From: Tissierellia bacterium
Lineage (GTDB): Bacteria > Bacillota > Clostridia > Tissierellales > Peptoniphilaceae
NCBI GenBank assembly: GCA_030532305.1
Contig: JAUNLJ010000005.1
Location: 8,820 to 72,819, forward strand
Length of the DNA stretch: 64,000 nucleotides
Direction of reading: 5' to 3'
A program made the position numbers and the translations under genes. Positions 17,849-28,374 of this stretch are shown in pieces; position 1 is the first letter of the stretch; the number at the start of each line of letters is the position of its first letter. The notes beneath the pieces are model-generated. The model was not told where the DNA came from and made no database searches. It was given only the letters and a program-made list of their open reading frames with translations.

Positions 17849-19072
17849 TCAAGCCCTTTTTATAAAAGGGCTGACTTTATTTATAAGGGGGGCTAGACCT
17901 CGCTTCCTGGCTTGGGACCCCTTTTGGGATAGGACCTCTAGATAGTAGGCCTCCATCTGGGCAGCAAATTCTTGGGAAGAAAAACCTGCCTGGGCCCGGC
18001 TATAGGCGGTCTTACTTAGCCGGTCCCTAAAGTCCAGGTCCTTCTGGTAGGTCCCAATAAAGGCCTTAAAGTCCTCAAAGGACTCATAGCGGTAGCCATT
18101 AAGGTTGTTTTCTAGGACCCCCTCCTGGCAGGGGTCCTTCCTGGCTAGAACAGGCAGGCCAGAGGCTAGGGCTTCAATATAGGTAAGGCCTTGGGTTTCG
18201 CTAACAGAGGCCGATAGGAAGAGGTCGGCCATCTGGTAGTAGCTAGGGGTGGCGGTGTGGGGAATCTTGCCGGCAAAGATCAGCCGGTCGGCGCCTAGGC
18301 CCAGGGCCTTGGCCTCTTGGCAAAGGCTCTTGTAAAGGGGGCCCATGCCTACAATTAAAAATTTGATCCTGGGGTCTTCTAGCCGGCTAAAGTAGCTTAG
18401 GGCCTCTTCTAGGTTCTTTTCTTCTCCCAGACGGCCTAAAAAGAGGAGGACCAGGTCTTCTTTTCCTAGCCCATAGCTGGCCCTTAGGGCTTGGCGTTTT
18501 TCTGGGCTGATCTTCTTGGCAAAGGGAGACAGGTCGATGCCTGTGGCCAAAACTTCGATCCTCTTGTTTATTTTAAAGCCTTCCAGGGAGGCCCGGGTCT
18601 TTTGGCTGGGGGTAATAATCAGGTCCACGTCTTTTAGATAGTAGTTAAGTAGGCCAGGGAGGTGGCGGTCTATAAGGCCCTTAAAGATCCGGCTATAGTG
18701 GGTGTAGTTTTCGTAGGCCGTATGGTAGGTATGGACCCAGGGGATCCCCAAAAGCCGGCTTAGTTTTTTAGCCTGGAGAAAGATGGAAAATTCGCTTTGG
18801 CTGTGGACCAGGTCGGGCCCCCAGGCCATAATAGCATTCCTAAGCTGGTGGTCGGACATAAAGGCCACCCGGGCTTCGGGATAAAAATATTCTGTAGACC
18901 GGGAGGCCAGGTAGTAGGTCTTTTGATCCTCTAGGTACTTGGATTTTTCTCCCACCGTTAAGACCCTCACATCGTGGCCCCGGCTTTCTAAGGCTTCTTT
19001 TAGGATTTTTGTGGATATAACTACCCCATTGATCATGGGAAAATAAGCATCTGATGCTAGCAAAATTTTCAT
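17849..19072 (-). CDS. GT4 glycosyltransferase, probably a diacylglycerol glycosyltransferase (glycolipid synthase)
   Basis: MKILLASDAYFPMINGVVISTKIL N-terminus and the ETQGLTYIEALASGLPVLA motif resemble glycolipid synthases of Gram-positives. Substrate was not determined. Confidence 0.55.
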   Translation of the reverse strand: MKILLASDAYFPMINGVVISTKILKEALESRGHDVRVLTVGEKSKYLEDQKTYYLASRSTEYFYPEARVAFMSDHQLRNAIMAWGPDLVHSQSEFSIFLQAKKLSRLLGIPWVHTYHTAYENYTHYSRIFKGLIDRHLPGLLNYYLKDVDLIITPSQKTRASLEGFKINKRIEVLATGIDLSPFAKKISPEKRQALRASYGLGKEDLVLLFLGRLGEEKNLEEALSYFSRLEDPRIKFLIVGMGPLYKSLCQEAKALGLGADRLIFAGKIPHTATPSYYQMADLFLSASVSETQGLTYIEALASGLPVLARKDPCQEGVLENNLNGYRYESFEDFKAFIGTYQKDLDFRDRLSKTAYSRAQAGFSSQEFAAQMEAYYLEVLSQKGSQARKRGLAPLINKVSPFIKRA

Positions 19073-19181
19073 AGCGGCCTCCTCTTAACTCTCCCTCTTA
19101 TTGTAAACCTACTTTAACAAAAGGAGGTTAAATTCTTATGAAAATTTTCTAAGAAAGGTCTAAGATGCCTTGAAACTTTCT

Positions 19182-20399
19182 TTAGGCTTGGTCCTCTTCC
19201 TGTCTTTTTTCTTGGTAGATGGGATAGTACTTTCTTGTGGACAGCCGCCGCCGCCAATAGTCCATAAACCGGGCCAAGGACTGGTCTTTTTCATACCACT
19301 GGGTAAAGCTATAGCCCCTTCTTAAATGAGTTAGGGCCAGGTCTTTATCCTTGGGGTTGACGTATTTTCTTAAGACGGCTGGGTCCACATAGAGCCACAG
19401 GCCCTGGTCAAAGTGATAGTGGGTCTTTAGCCGCTTATTTTCAATTAGGTCTGCCACATAGTAGGTCATAAAATTACAGCCCCCAGCGGTCATGTAGTAG
19501 GAGGACCGGCCCTGGCGGATGTTAATTTCAAAGACCTTGTATTTGCCGTCCCGTTCATCGTATTTCAGGTCAAAGTTGGCAAATCCCCGGTAGCCTATCC
19601 GCTTTAAAAAGGACTCATATTGGTCATAGATGGCCTGGTCCCCTAAGGTTAAAAGGGCGTTGTAGTTGCCAATTTCTGTGGGTAGGCATTCATCTAGGAG
19701 GCACTTGCCCAGGCACATCATGGTGACCTCCCCCTGGCTATCCACATAGGCATTTAAGACAAACATGGCGGAGGAGTCTCCTGGAATGTAGTCTTGGAGG
19801 ATCAACTCTCCCTGGTAGCCGGCCCCATAGATTAGCTGGACGGTCTCCTCTAGGTCCTCTTGGGAATGGATCTTGTAGAATTTCTTTTTCCCATCAAAGT
19901 CTAGGTGGACATATTCTATGGAGTCGTTGGCCTTTAGGCCCAAGGGGTAGTGGCTGGGCCAGTTAAAGTTCTGGTAGTTGTCCAGGCTAATAATCTGGGT
20001 CTTGGGATAGTCTAGGCCGTAGTCTTCACAAATTTCATAGAAGTCCAACTTGTTTTCTAGCCTTTCTTGAAGGGCGTGGTCTATGTAGTTAAAGACATAG
20101 TCCTTGGCCAGCCTGTCCTTGTATTTGGTAATTAGGGAGGTGTATTCATCGGAGCAGGAGATTAAAAGCAGGGTCCCCTCCTTTTTGTGGGTCTGGGCAA
20201 AGTCTTCCATGACCCTTAAAAAACCCTGGTCTGTATAAAAGTCCCCATAGGTTTCCACATGGAGGATCTTAGATTTTCTGGTATACCTAAGGGGCTTTCT
20301 TCCTATGGCGTAGGACTTGATCCCATAGGCCTCATGGAGGGACCGGGCCACCCCATAGGCATTAATATCTGTTCCTAAAATAACGGGTACAAAACTCAC
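19182..20399 (-). CDS. ATP-grasp carboxylate-amine ligase, D-aspartate ligase (Aslfm)-like
   Basis: ILQDYIPGDSS, VLNAYVD and GFANFDLKYDERDGKYKVFEINIRQGRSS resemble E. faecium D-Asp ligase from memory. The GTG start overlaps the racemase stop. Confidence 0.6.
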   Translation of the reverse strand: MSFVPVILGTDINAYGVARSLHEAYGIKSYAIGRKPLRYTRKSKILHVETYGDFYTDQGFLRVMEDFAQTHKKEGTLLLISCSDEYTSLITKYKDRLAKDYVFNYIDHALQERLENKLDFYEICEDYGLDYPKTQIISLDNYQNFNWPSHYPLGLKANDSIEYVHLDFDGKKKFYKIHSQEDLEETVQLIYGAGYQGELILQDYIPGDSSAMFVLNAYVDSQGEVTMMCLGKCLLDECLPTEIGNYNALLTLGDQAIYDQYESFLKRIGYRGFANFDLKYDERDGKYKVFEINIRQGRSSYYMTAGGCNFMTYYVADLIENKRLKTHYHFDQGLWLYVDPAVLRKYVNPKDKDLALTHLRRGYSFTQWYEKDQSLARFMDYWRRRLSTRKYYPIYQEKRQEEDQA

Positions 20400-21076
20400 T
20401 CTACTATCTCCCTTCCACAGGCCTTAATGGCCTGGTTGCCCAGGACCTTCAAGGCATCGATAACAGGTCTATTTCCAATTTCCATGGCCGACAGTTCCGT
20501 GCAGGCCAAGATGACTTCTGAATCCACCTGGTAGCGGTCAATTAGGTCATTGATGTCGGCAAAAAAGGTCTTGCCCTCCTCCTTGACCTGGTAGATCCTA
20601 TCCATGACCAGCTTTTGCTCCCGGGCCTCTGGCATTCTGACCTCTAGGCCCAGGGCCTGGCCATAGGTCTTGTAGATGCCACTTTGGGCCGTTCCATCGG
20701 AGGCTAAAACCGTCACCTGACGGGCCCCCAAAGCCTTAGCGTAGGCCAGGGTTTCTTCTACCATGTTGATAATGGGGGCCCGGCTCATGGCCTGGACCTG
20801 GTCAAAAAAATAGTGGCTGGTGTTACAGGGAATGGCAATGGCCTTTAGGTCTAGGCCATTTAAAAGGTCAAAGTCCTCTTTGATCCTATCTAAAAAAACC
20901 TCCTCTTTGCCCTCCTTGATAACCTGGGACCGGTCTGGCAAAAAAGTATGGTTTAGGACGATGCTATTAATATGGTCCTGGTCCCTGTGGGCCCGGGTAT
21001 GTTTGACCAGGTATTCAAAAAATACCGAGGTGGCCAGGGGCCCCATGCCCCCAATAATGCCCAATTCATAATCCAT
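20396..21076 (-). CDS. aspartate racemase family protein; start corrected to MDYELGIIGG
   Basis: GIIGGMGPLAT, catalytic IPCNTSHYF and ILACTELS motifs. GAAGGAGG lies upstream of the ATG at 21076. Track start 21163 adds an implausible N-terminus. Confidence 0.75.
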   Translation of the reverse strand: MDYELGIIGGMGPLATSVFFEYLVKHTRAHRDQDHINSIVLNHTFLPDRSQVIKEGKEEVFLDRIKEDFDLLNGLDLKAIAIPCNTSHYFFDQVQAMSRAPIINMVEETLAYAKALGARQVTVLASDGTAQSGIYKTYGQALGLEVRMPEAREQKLVMDRIYQVKEEGKTFFADINDLIDRYQVDSEVILACTELSAMEIGNRPVIDALKVLGNQAIKACGREIVE

Positions 21077-21189
21077 GGCCTCATCCGCCTCCTTCTCCAT
21101 TCTATATCGGTCTATTATACCATAGTCTAGGCAAATAAAAAAGAAGGGTCGCCTCCCTGGCACTCCTTCTTTTAAGGCCCTTTGATTGG

Positions 21190-22770
21190 CTAGATGGCCC
21201 TTTTGTAGGCGGCCTGGCCTAGCTGGGCCAGAATAAGGTCTATGGCCTCTCTGGCCAGGTAAAGCTCGCCTCCCTGGGCCAGGCTCAGGCCTGAAAAATA
21301 ATAGCGGCGGCCTCCCCTGATAAAGTAGTCCTTGTTTAGGGGGAGGTAAACTTCCCTCCCTGCCCGGTCTAGTCTGAGAAGGCCGGGCCCTTTTTCTCTT
21401 TTTATAGGAGTCAAACGGACCCCTGCCTCCTTAAAAAGGGGGCAGGCTAGGGGGTAGAGTCTCTCCCGGGTCTGGTCTAGGTCCAGGCCCAGGGCGTAGG
21501 CCATATAAGAGCCGATCTCCTGGTTAAAGACCAGGCCACCTAGGGGAGGCAGGTCTGGACAGGAGGAGTAGGAGAAAAGGGCCACGTCCCCTCCGGTATG
21601 GCCGTAGGAGGTCCAGGCCAGGCCAGACCGCTTGGAAAGGACCTGGCCAATGCCGGTTTGGGGGTCTCGGGTCTTTTGAATAAGGAGCTTTTCCTCTTCC
21701 CTCAGGTCCCTAATGGAAAAGTACCTTTCCATGACCTCCTCCACATTGGTCCGGTAGCTGTTAAGGTCCCGGCCGGCTCCTCTGGCTGTCTTCTTGGCTC
21801 CGGCAATGAGCTGGATATAGCCTTCTAGGGGGGCCTGGGTATAGGTTAGGCTGGTCTCCCAGTTGCCCATGCTAAAGCCCCCGGTCCCGTGGTCTGGGGC
21901 CACAATAAGGAGGGTGTCCTCATGACCCTTGGCAAAGTCCAGGGCCAGGGCCACAGCCTCATCAAAGGCCAAAATATCTGTGGCCAGGCCCACCGGGTCG
22001 TTGGCGTGGGCGGCCCAGTCAATTTCAGACCCCTCCACCAGGAGGAAAAAGCCCCGGTCATTTTTAGACAGGACCTCCAGGGCCTTTTGGGTCATGTCCC
22101 TTAGGGAGGGTTCCTCTGGCCCCCGGTCCAGGTGGTGGTTCATATCCTCCTGGGCAAAGATCCCCCAAATTCTCTCTTCCCTAGAGACCATCAGGTCCTC
22201 CCGGGTCCTAAGATAGGCATAGCCCCTGGCCCTTAGCTCCCCCAGGAGGTCTTGGCCGTCTTCCCTAGCCTCTGGGCTTAAGTGGCAGGCCCCTGCCCCC
22301 AGGACCAGGTCTATATTCTGGTGGACCAGCTGGTCCATGAGGGGGTCCAGGTCCTCCCGGTCTAAACTGTGGGCGCCAAAGGCTGCCGGGGTGGCGTGGT
22401 TAACCCGGGCCAGGCTCACCAGGCCTGTGGCCCGGCCGCTTTCCCTGGCCCCTTCCAGGACCGTGGCCAGGGGACGGGTGGCCATGGCCTTTTCATAGTC
22501 CTCAGTCCCCACCATCCCTATCTGGGAGGGATAGGAGGCAATATAGGTGGCCTGGGACTTGTAGCCTGTGGCCATGGCGGTGGCGGCTGGGGCAGAGTCT
22601 GCCATGGGGACATTGGAATTGTGGGTCCGGACCATGCCCCTTAGGATCTCATCCATGGCCAGGGTCTTTTTAGGACTTAACCAACGGGCAAAACTATAGG
22701 CCTCTACACTCATGCCATCGGGTACCATTAGGATGACATTTTTTGCCTGGCCGTATCTTTTTCCTGCCAT
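21190..22770 (-). CDS. alkaline phosphatase family protein with no obvious signal peptide
   Basis: VILMVPDGMS and ADSAPAATAMATG (active-site Ser region), DHGTGG, and a C-terminal ~100 aa extension. AAAGGAGG RBS. Confidence 0.75.
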   Translation of the reverse strand: MAGKRYGQAKNVILMVPDGMSVEAYSFARWLSPKKTLAMDEILRGMVRTHNSNVPMADSAPAATAMATGYKSQATYIASYPSQIGMVGTEDYEKAMATRPLATVLEGARESGRATGLVSLARVNHATPAAFGAHSLDREDLDPLMDQLVHQNIDLVLGAGACHLSPEAREDGQDLLGELRARGYAYLRTREDLMVSREERIWGIFAQEDMNHHLDRGPEEPSLRDMTQKALEVLSKNDRGFFLLVEGSEIDWAAHANDPVGLATDILAFDEAVALALDFAKGHEDTLLIVAPDHGTGGFSMGNWETSLTYTQAPLEGYIQLIAGAKKTARGAGRDLNSYRTNVEEVMERYFSIRDLREEEKLLIQKTRDPQTGIGQVLSKRSGLAWTSYGHTGGDVALFSYSSCPDLPPLGGLVFNQEIGSYMAYALGLDLDQTRERLYPLACPLFKEAGVRLTPIKREKGPGLLRLDRAGREVYLPLNKDYFIRGGRRYYFSGLSLAQGGELYLAREAIDLILAQLGQAAYKRAI

Positions 22771-22913
22771 GCTTTCCTCCTTTCCTAAAGATCTATCTGG
22801 ATCCTATTATAGGAAAGGCCTATTAAGGAAACTTTCTCCCCTTGTTAAATCTAGTCAAAGCTTAGGCCATAAAAAAGAGCCCAAAAGTTTCCTAAGGACT
22901 CTTTTTTCCCAAT

Positions 22914-22935
22914 GAAAAAGCCCCTTTTAGGGGCT
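22914..22935 (-). terminator. terminator downstream of tRNA-Gly
   Basis: AGCCCC-TTTTA-GGGGCT. A-run on plus gives a U-run on minus. Confidence 0.55.
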
Positions 22936-22938
22936 AAT

Positions 22939-23013
22939 TGGAGCGGAAGACGAGATTCGAACTCGCGACCCTCGCCTTGGCAAGGCGATGCTCTACCACT
23001 GAGCCACTCCCGC
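22939..23013 (-). tRNA. tRNA-Gly (anticodon GCC), CCA encoded
   Basis: Reverse complement is GCGGGAG TG GCTC AGTGGTA GAGC A TCGCC TTGCCAA GGCGA GGGTC GCGAG TTCGAAT CTCGT CTTCCGC T CCA. Confidence 0.9.
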
Positions 23014-23120
23014 AAAGATATTTATTTTCTTAAGATTTAAACTTCTGCTTAATATCATACAGGAGATGGGGCGAATTGTAAAGTCTAAATTAAAAACTTT
23101 CCCAAAAAGACCCTCCTCCA

Positions 23121-23159
23121 TAAAAATAGGCGGTCAGTGCCTCTAGGTCACTGCCGCCT
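23121..23159 (-). terminator. terminator of the V-ATPase operon
   Basis: AGGCGGTCAGTG...CACTGCCGCCT imperfect hairpin. The adjacent A-rich run on plus gives a U-run on minus. Confidence 0.55.
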
Positions 23160-23191
23160 TAACTAGGGATAGGATTTTTTAGACCCCATCC

Positions 23192-23845
23192 TTAATTTTT
23201 AATAATATCCTTGATCTTCATGAGCCGGGAAATATTTTCTCTTTCCCCCTCCTCTAGTTTCATCTTAATATGCTTGATGGTCTCTTCCAGGTCAGGAATG
23301 GTCCTATATTCTAGGGAGTTAACCCGTCTTCGGGTGGTTTCTAACTCATCTGCCATAAGTTGGCAGGTCTTTTCCACCTGGGCCAGTTCCAAGAGCTTGT
23401 CCAGGATCCGGTCTAGGGTGGATAGGGCCTGGTCTAGCTGGGAATTGGTATGGGTAAAGCCATAGGGGTAGATACTGGAAGATTGGTTACCGTCCTCTAG
23501 GTCCACCACATTGTCCTTTTTAAATTCCATCTTGGGAATTTTGACACTCATAATATTTTCTACTTCCATCTCCAGCTGGACCCTTTGCTTGGGCAGGCTT
23601 AAGGCCAGTTCCAAGAAATTGGGGACAGAGATGGCTGAGGCCATGGAGAAGTCATTAAAGGACTTGGTTAGCTCTTCTTCTACCTCTTCCCTAAGGGCCT
23701 TATTTTTTCGGATCAGGTCAATAAAGCGTCTGACCAACTCGTCCTGCTTGTTTTTTAGGAGGTCGTAACCCTTTTGGGCTACGGCCAGCCTAGTTTTGAG
23801 GTTATTTAACTCCATCCGAGTTGGATTGACATCTAGTATGGCCAT
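23192..23845 (-). CDS. ntpD: V-type ATP synthase subunit D; start corrected to MAILDVNPTRMEL
   Basis: NPTRMEL...LK signature. AGGAG lies 8 nt before the ATG at 23845. Confidence 0.9.
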   Translation of the reverse strand: MAILDVNPTRMELNNLKTRLAVAQKGYDLLKNKQDELVRRFIDLIRKNKALREEVEEELTKSFNDFSMASAISVPNFLELALSLPKQRVQLEMEVENIMSVKIPKMEFKKDNVVDLEDGNQSSSIYPYGFTHTNSQLDQALSTLDRILDKLLELAQVEKTCQLMADELETTRRRVNSLEYRTIPDLEETIKHIKMKLEEGERENISRLMKIKDIIKN

Positions 23846-23856
23846 AGCTATCACTC

Positions 23857-25272
23857 CTAGTCTTCACGAGCTGGGTCTTGGTCTTGCTCTACTTTTTTAT
23901 TTTCCGGGCCTAAATATTTTTCAATTAAGGCATCATCAATCCGTTTCAGTTCATATCTAGGTAGCTTGGACAGGAGTTTCCAGCCCAGGCCTAGGGTTTC
24001 TTCAATGGTTCGGTTGGTGTAGTAGCCCTGGCCCACATAGGTCTTTTCAAATTCTGTGGTGAAATTCATAAAGGCCTTGTCTGTCTCTGTTAGGGCAGAC
24101 TCGCCTAGGATGGTGGCTAGCTCCCTGGCTTGGACCCCAGAGGTGTAGGCGGCATAGAGTTGGTTCATGGTGTCGGCATGGTCTTCCCGGGTCTTGCCTT
24201 CTCCGATCCCGTCATCCTTTAGCCGGGATAGGGAGGGGGCCACGTCCAAGGGGGGCACAATATTTTGCAGGTGCAGGTCCCTAGATAGGATAATTTGCCC
24301 TTCTGTAATATAGCCTGTCAGGTCAGGAATAGGGTGGGTAATGTCGTCTTCGGGCATGGTTAGGATGGGGATTTGGGTAATGGACCCCTCCTTGCCCTTG
24401 ATCCGGCCGGCTCTTTCATAGATGCCAGCCAGGTCTGTATAGAGGTAGCCGGGATAGCCCCTTCGGCCAGGCACTTCTTTTCTGGCGGCAGAGACCTCCC
24501 TTAGGGCCTCGGCATAGTTGGTCATGTCCGTTAGGATAACCAAAACATGCATGCCCTTTTCAAAGGCCAGGTATTCTGCAGCTGTTAGGGCCACCTTGGG
24601 GGTGGATATTCTTTCAATGGCCGGGTCGTCAGCCAGGTTCAAAAAGAGGACAGACCGGTCAATGGACCCATGTTCATTAAAGTCATCAATAAAGAATTGG
24701 GCCTCTTCAAAGGTGATCCCCAGGGCCGCAAAGACAATGGCGAACTTAGAGTCGGTCCCCCTAACGGTGGCCTGCCTAGCAATTTGGGCAGCCAGCTCAT
24801 TATGGGGCAGACCAGACCCAGAAAAGATAGGGAGCTTTTGCCCCCGAACCAGGGTGTTTAAGCCGTCAATAACAGACACCCCTGTCTGGATAAATTCGTC
24901 AGGATACTCCCGGGAAAAGGGGTTAATGGGGGCCCCATTTACGTCCCTATTTTCTTCGGGTATTAGGGCGGGCCCTCCGTCAATGGGGTTGCCTAGGCCG
25001 TCAAAGACCCGGCCGATCATGGACTCGCTGACCCCAAATTCTAGGGGGTGGCCCAAAAACCGGGTGCTGGTATTTTTTAGGTTAATCCCTGTGGTTCCTT
25101 CATAGATTTGGACCAGGGCCGTATCATCTTCTACTTCTAGAATCCGGCCCCTTCTTTTTTCACCGGTTTGCAGGGTAATTTCTACTAATTCTTCAAATTT
25201 AACCCCTTCAACCCCTTCTACCAACATGAGGGGGCCAACAACCTGGCTGGCTGTTTTATACTCTTTAAGCAT
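23857..25272 (-). CDS. ntpB: V-type ATP synthase subunit B
   Basis: Non-catalytic B subunit. [26 protein letters not shown] and [15 protein letters not shown]. Confidence 0.95.
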   Translation of the reverse strand: MLKEYKTASQVVGPLMLVEGVEGVKFEELVEITLQTGEKRRGRILEVEDDTALVQIYEGTTGINLKNTSTRFLGHPLEFGVSESMIGRVFDGLGNPIDGGPALIPEENRDVNGAPINPFSREYPDEFIQTGVSVIDGLNTLVRGQKLPIFSGSGLPHNELAAQIARQATVRGTDSKFAIVFAALGITFEEAQFFIDDFNEHGSIDRSVLFLNLADDPAIERISTPKVALTAAEYLAFEKGMHVLVILTDMTNYAEALREVSAARKEVPGRRGYPGYLYTDLAGIYERAGRIKGKEGSITQIPILTMPEDDITHPIPDLTGYITEGQIILSRDLHLQNIVPPLDVAPSLSRLKDDGIGEGKTREDHADTMNQLYAAYTSGVQARELATILGESALTETDKAFMNFTTEFEKTYVGQGYYTNRTIEETLGLGWKLLSKLPRYELKRIDDALIEKYLGPENKKVEQDQDPARED

Positions 25273-27043
25273 CTGCTAGCCCTCCTTTACGCATTAAGTC
25301 TTGGACCTCTTGGACCATCTCTTGACGAATTGCCTTAATCTGGTCTAGGGCCTCTTGGTTGTCTATATATTTCATTCTGGCTATTTTTTCTCGAATGGGT
25401 AGTTCTCTTAGCTCCCTGAGGTAGACCCCAGAGGAGATGGCCTCCTTGCCTAGCCTATAAAAGTCTAGGACGGCCTTGAGCATTTCCACCTGCTTGTCAA
25501 TGGGACAGAAGGTGTCCACCTCATGGTAGGAGTTTTGCTGCAAAAAGTCTTCCCTTAGCATCTTGGCCACTTCTAGCTTAAGCTGGTCTGTTTCAGATAG
25601 GGAGTCGGCCCCTACAATTCTTACAATTTCTTGGAGCTCAGACTCGTCCCCTAAAATGGACATGGCCAGCTTGCGGTTTTCGGAAAAATCTTCGGCAAAG
25701 TGTTCATCAAAATACCTGTCCATCTTGTCTTGGTAGAGGGAATAGGAGTCAATCCAGTTGATGGCAGGAAAGTGCCTAGCATAGGATAGCTCATAGTCAA
25801 GCCCCCAGAAGACCTTGACAATCCTTAGGGTAGACTGGGTTACAGGCTCGGACATGTCTCCCCCTGGAGGGGATACGGCCCCGATGGCGGTTAGGGCCCC
25901 CTCATGGCCTTCCTTGCCTAGGGCAAGAACCCGGCCTGCCCTTTCATAAAATTCAGCAATTCTTGAGGCCAAGTAGGCGGGGTAACCTTCGTCCCCGGGC
26001 ATCTCTTCTAGCCGGCCAGACATTTCCCTAAGGGCCTCGGCCCAGCGGGAGGTGGAATCGGCAAAAAGAGCCACGGAATAGCCCATATCCCTAAAGTATT
26101 CTGCAATGGTCATGCCTGTATAGATGGAGGCCTCCCGGGCCGCCACAGGCATGTTGGAGGTGTTGGCAATAAGGACCGTCCGTTTCATCAGGGACTCCCC
26201 AGTCTTAGGGTCAATCAGGCCTGGAAACTCGTCTAGTACCTCGGTCATCTCGTTGCCCCGTTCTCCACAGCCTACATAGATAACAATCTCGGCATCAGAA
26301 TATTTAGCCAGTTGATGCTGGATCACCGTCTTGCCAGACCCAAAGGGACCCGGAATGGCTGCTGTTCCCCCCTTGGTTACGGGGAAGAAGGTGTCTATAA
26401 CCCTTTGCCCCGTAATAAGGGGGGTCCGGGGGTCTAGTTTTTTCTTATGGGGCCGGCCCTGCCTAACGGGCCATTTTTGCATAAGGGAGAAAGTTTCCAC
26501 ACTCCCGTCTTCTAGCTCCAGGCTGTAGACCTCATCATCCACATGGTAGTCCCCACTTTGGATGGCCTTAATCCGGCCAGACTTGCCTGGGGGAACCATA
26601 ATACTGTGGAGGACCACCTCGGTTTCTTGGACGGTCCCCACCACATCCCCTGGACCCACCTGGTCGCCTACTGCCAGCTTGGCCTCAAAGGACCAGACCC
26701 GGTCCCGGTCTAGGGAGGGCACAATAACCCCTCTTTTTAGGAAGTCCCCGGCCTCCTCTCTTAAGTCATCTAGGGGCCTTTGAATCCCGTCAAACATCCC
26801 CTCTATCATACCGGGCCCCAGTTCTACAGAAAGGGGGGCTCCCGTGGTGTAAACAGGCTCTCCCGGCCCTATCCCCGTGGTCTCTTCATAGACCTGGATA
26901 GAGGCCCGGTCCTTCCTCATTTCTATAATTTCACCAATCAATCTATCGTCAGATACCTCCACCACGTCAAAAACGTTGGCGTCAGACATCCCTACGGCCT
27001 CCACAAGAGGCCCAGAAACTTTTACAACTTTACCTGTATTCAA
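25265..27043 (-). CDS. ntpA: V-type ATP synthase catalytic subunit A
   Basis: Walker [39 protein letters not shown] start. Confidence 0.95.
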   Translation of the reverse strand: MNTGKVVKVSGPLVEAVGMSDANVFDVVEVSDDRLIGEIIEMRKDRASIQVYEETTGIGPGEPVYTTGAPLSVELGPGMIEGMFDGIQRPLDDLREEAGDFLKRGVIVPSLDRDRVWSFEAKLAVGDQVGPGDVVGTVQETEVVLHSIMVPPGKSGRIKAIQSGDYHVDDEVYSLELEDGSVETFSLMQKWPVRQGRPHKKKLDPRTPLITGQRVIDTFFPVTKGGTAAIPGPFGSGKTVIQHQLAKYSDAEIVIYVGCGERGNEMTEVLDEFPGLIDPKTGESLMKRTVLIANTSNMPVAAREASIYTGMTIAEYFRDMGYSVALFADSTSRWAEALREMSGRLEEMPGDEGYPAYLASRIAEFYERAGRVLALGKEGHEGALTAIGAVSPPGGDMSEPVTQSTLRIVKVFWGLDYELSYARHFPAINWIDSYSLYQDKMDRYFDEHFAEDFSENRKLAMSILGDESELQEIVRIVGADSLSETDQLKLEVAKMLREDFLQQNSYHEVDTFCPIDKQVEMLKAVLDFYRLGKEAISSGVYLRELRELPIREKIARMKYIDNQEALDQIKAIRQEMVQEVQDLMRKGGLADA

Positions 27044-27059
27044 TATCAGCCCTCACTTT

Positions 27060-27368
27060 CTACAATATATTAGAGCCTAAGGCTTTTTCTACATTTTTAT
27101 TGATCCGGTCCATGCCAATATTTTGGGTCCCCTGGTTACTGGGGATCAAAATAATAGCTGGCGCCGGCTTATAGTCATACCTAGAAATGGTCTCCACAGC
27201 TCGGGCGGCCATGTCTTCTGTTATGAAGATCACGCCATAGTCCTCCCCTGCCAGCCTGTCTATGGTCTTTCTTATGCCCATATCTGTTTCCGGGGTAAAG
27301 ACATCTAGGCCCAGGGCCCTAAAGCCAAGAACAGAGTCCTTGTCCCCAATTACGCCGACTTTATTCAA
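27060..27368 (-). CDS. ntpG: V-type ATP synthase subunit F (E. hirae NtpG equivalent)
   Basis: [24 protein letters not shown]. Size and position fit. Confidence 0.85.
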   Translation of the reverse strand: MNKVGVIGDKDSVLGFRALGLDVFTPETDMGIRKTIDRLAGEDYGVIFITEDMAARAVETISRYDYKPAPAIILIPSNQGTQNIGMDRINKNVEKALGSNIL

Positions 27369-28362
27369 TCAGCTCACCTGTCCTCTCCTTGATCTCTTCC
27401 CCACTTAGGCCGTTCATCTTGCCAATGAGGATGGTCCTTAACTTTTGAACCTCCCTCTCCTTTTTTAGGAGGTAGGCAAACATGACTTCTGGCCCAAAGG
27501 GATAAAGACTTCCCCGGTTAGAAATATTATTTAAAAAGGCAGAGGTGACTTCCTTAAAGTAGATGAGTTTTCCGTCTGCCAAGGACTTCTCCAGGGCCTC
27601 CTTTAAGTGGCTATACATAAGACTTCTTTTAAGCCCATCGATAATATTTTCCATACTGTCAAAATAGGCCCGTCTCAGGGAGTCTGCAGAAATGTTGCCC
27701 CCCTCAATCATAAAGCCTTCTACACAGTTAACCCGGTGGTTTTGCCTCTTGCCCCTTAGGGTCATGTTGATGTTTTGTACATCAATTAGGGTCTTGACAT
27801 AGTCTAGGATAAGCTTGGAATCCAGCTCTTTGGCTAGGCTCAGCATATACTCATACTGGAGTTTGTCCATCTGCATATCCAGCTTTTGGGGGTCCTTGCT
27901 CTTCCTATATTCCTCTAGGCCCTGGTTGAGCATCCGGGTAAAGTCCCCGGCCTTTTGTGAGACAAAATTTTCCTGGATATCGGCATAGATGGCCTCATAG
28001 TCATATTCCCCTATGGGGATAATCAGGCCCATAAAGTCTTCTTCTATGAGCTGGCTCTTTAAGATAACCTTAAAGTTATGGAAAATATACTTAGAGGCCG
28101 GTATTTCTACGGCCTCCTCATCCCAGGTCAGCTTATAAAAGTCCCTATAGGTCTTTACTAGCTCCTGGTCCAGGGCCTGGTCAATCTTTTTTCTTGAATC
28201 CATGACCTGGACTAGGTCTGCGTAGACCGTTTCAGATAGGATCCTGGAAAACTCATTTAAGTGGGGGGCTTCCAGGAGCCGGTCAAAGCTTTGGTCAGAC
28301 AAGAGTTTTTTCTCATAGACCCTGGTCATGGTGGAACTTTGTATATATTTTTCCTGGTCCAT
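27361..28362 (-). CDS. ntpC: V-type ATP synthase subunit C (d-type)
   Basis: 333 aa helical protein between subunits E and F in the canonical operon order. Confidence 0.8.
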   Translation of the reverse strand: MDQEKYIQSSTMTRVYEKKLLSDQSFDRLLEAPHLNEFSRILSETVYADLVQVMDSRKKIDQALDQELVKTYRDFYKLTWDEEAVEIPASKYIFHNFKVILKSQLIEEDFMGLIIPIGEYDYEAIYADIQENFVSQKAGDFTRMLNQGLEEYRKSKDPQKLDMQMDKLQYEYMLSLAKELDSKLILDYVKTLIDVQNINMTLRGKRQNHRVNCVEGFMIEGGNISADSLRRAYFDSMENIIDGLKRSLMYSHLKEALEKSLADGKLIYFKEVTSAFLNNISNRGSLYPFGPEVMFAYLLKKEREVQKLRTILIGKMNGLSGEEIKERTGELIE

Positions 28363-28374
28363 AGTAACTCCCTT

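Noticed and set aside
24518-25105. 195-aa plus-strand ORF, and similar long antisense ORFs (15285-15758, 36577-36983, 43014-43517, 57857-58267, 60522-61344 and others)
   Set aside because: All lie opposite well-supported conserved genes (ntpB, permease, valS, comEA, uvrB, M23). They lack RBSs and have Ser/Arg/Pro/Trp-rich compositions. They are a by-product of the stop-poor antisense of the host codon style.
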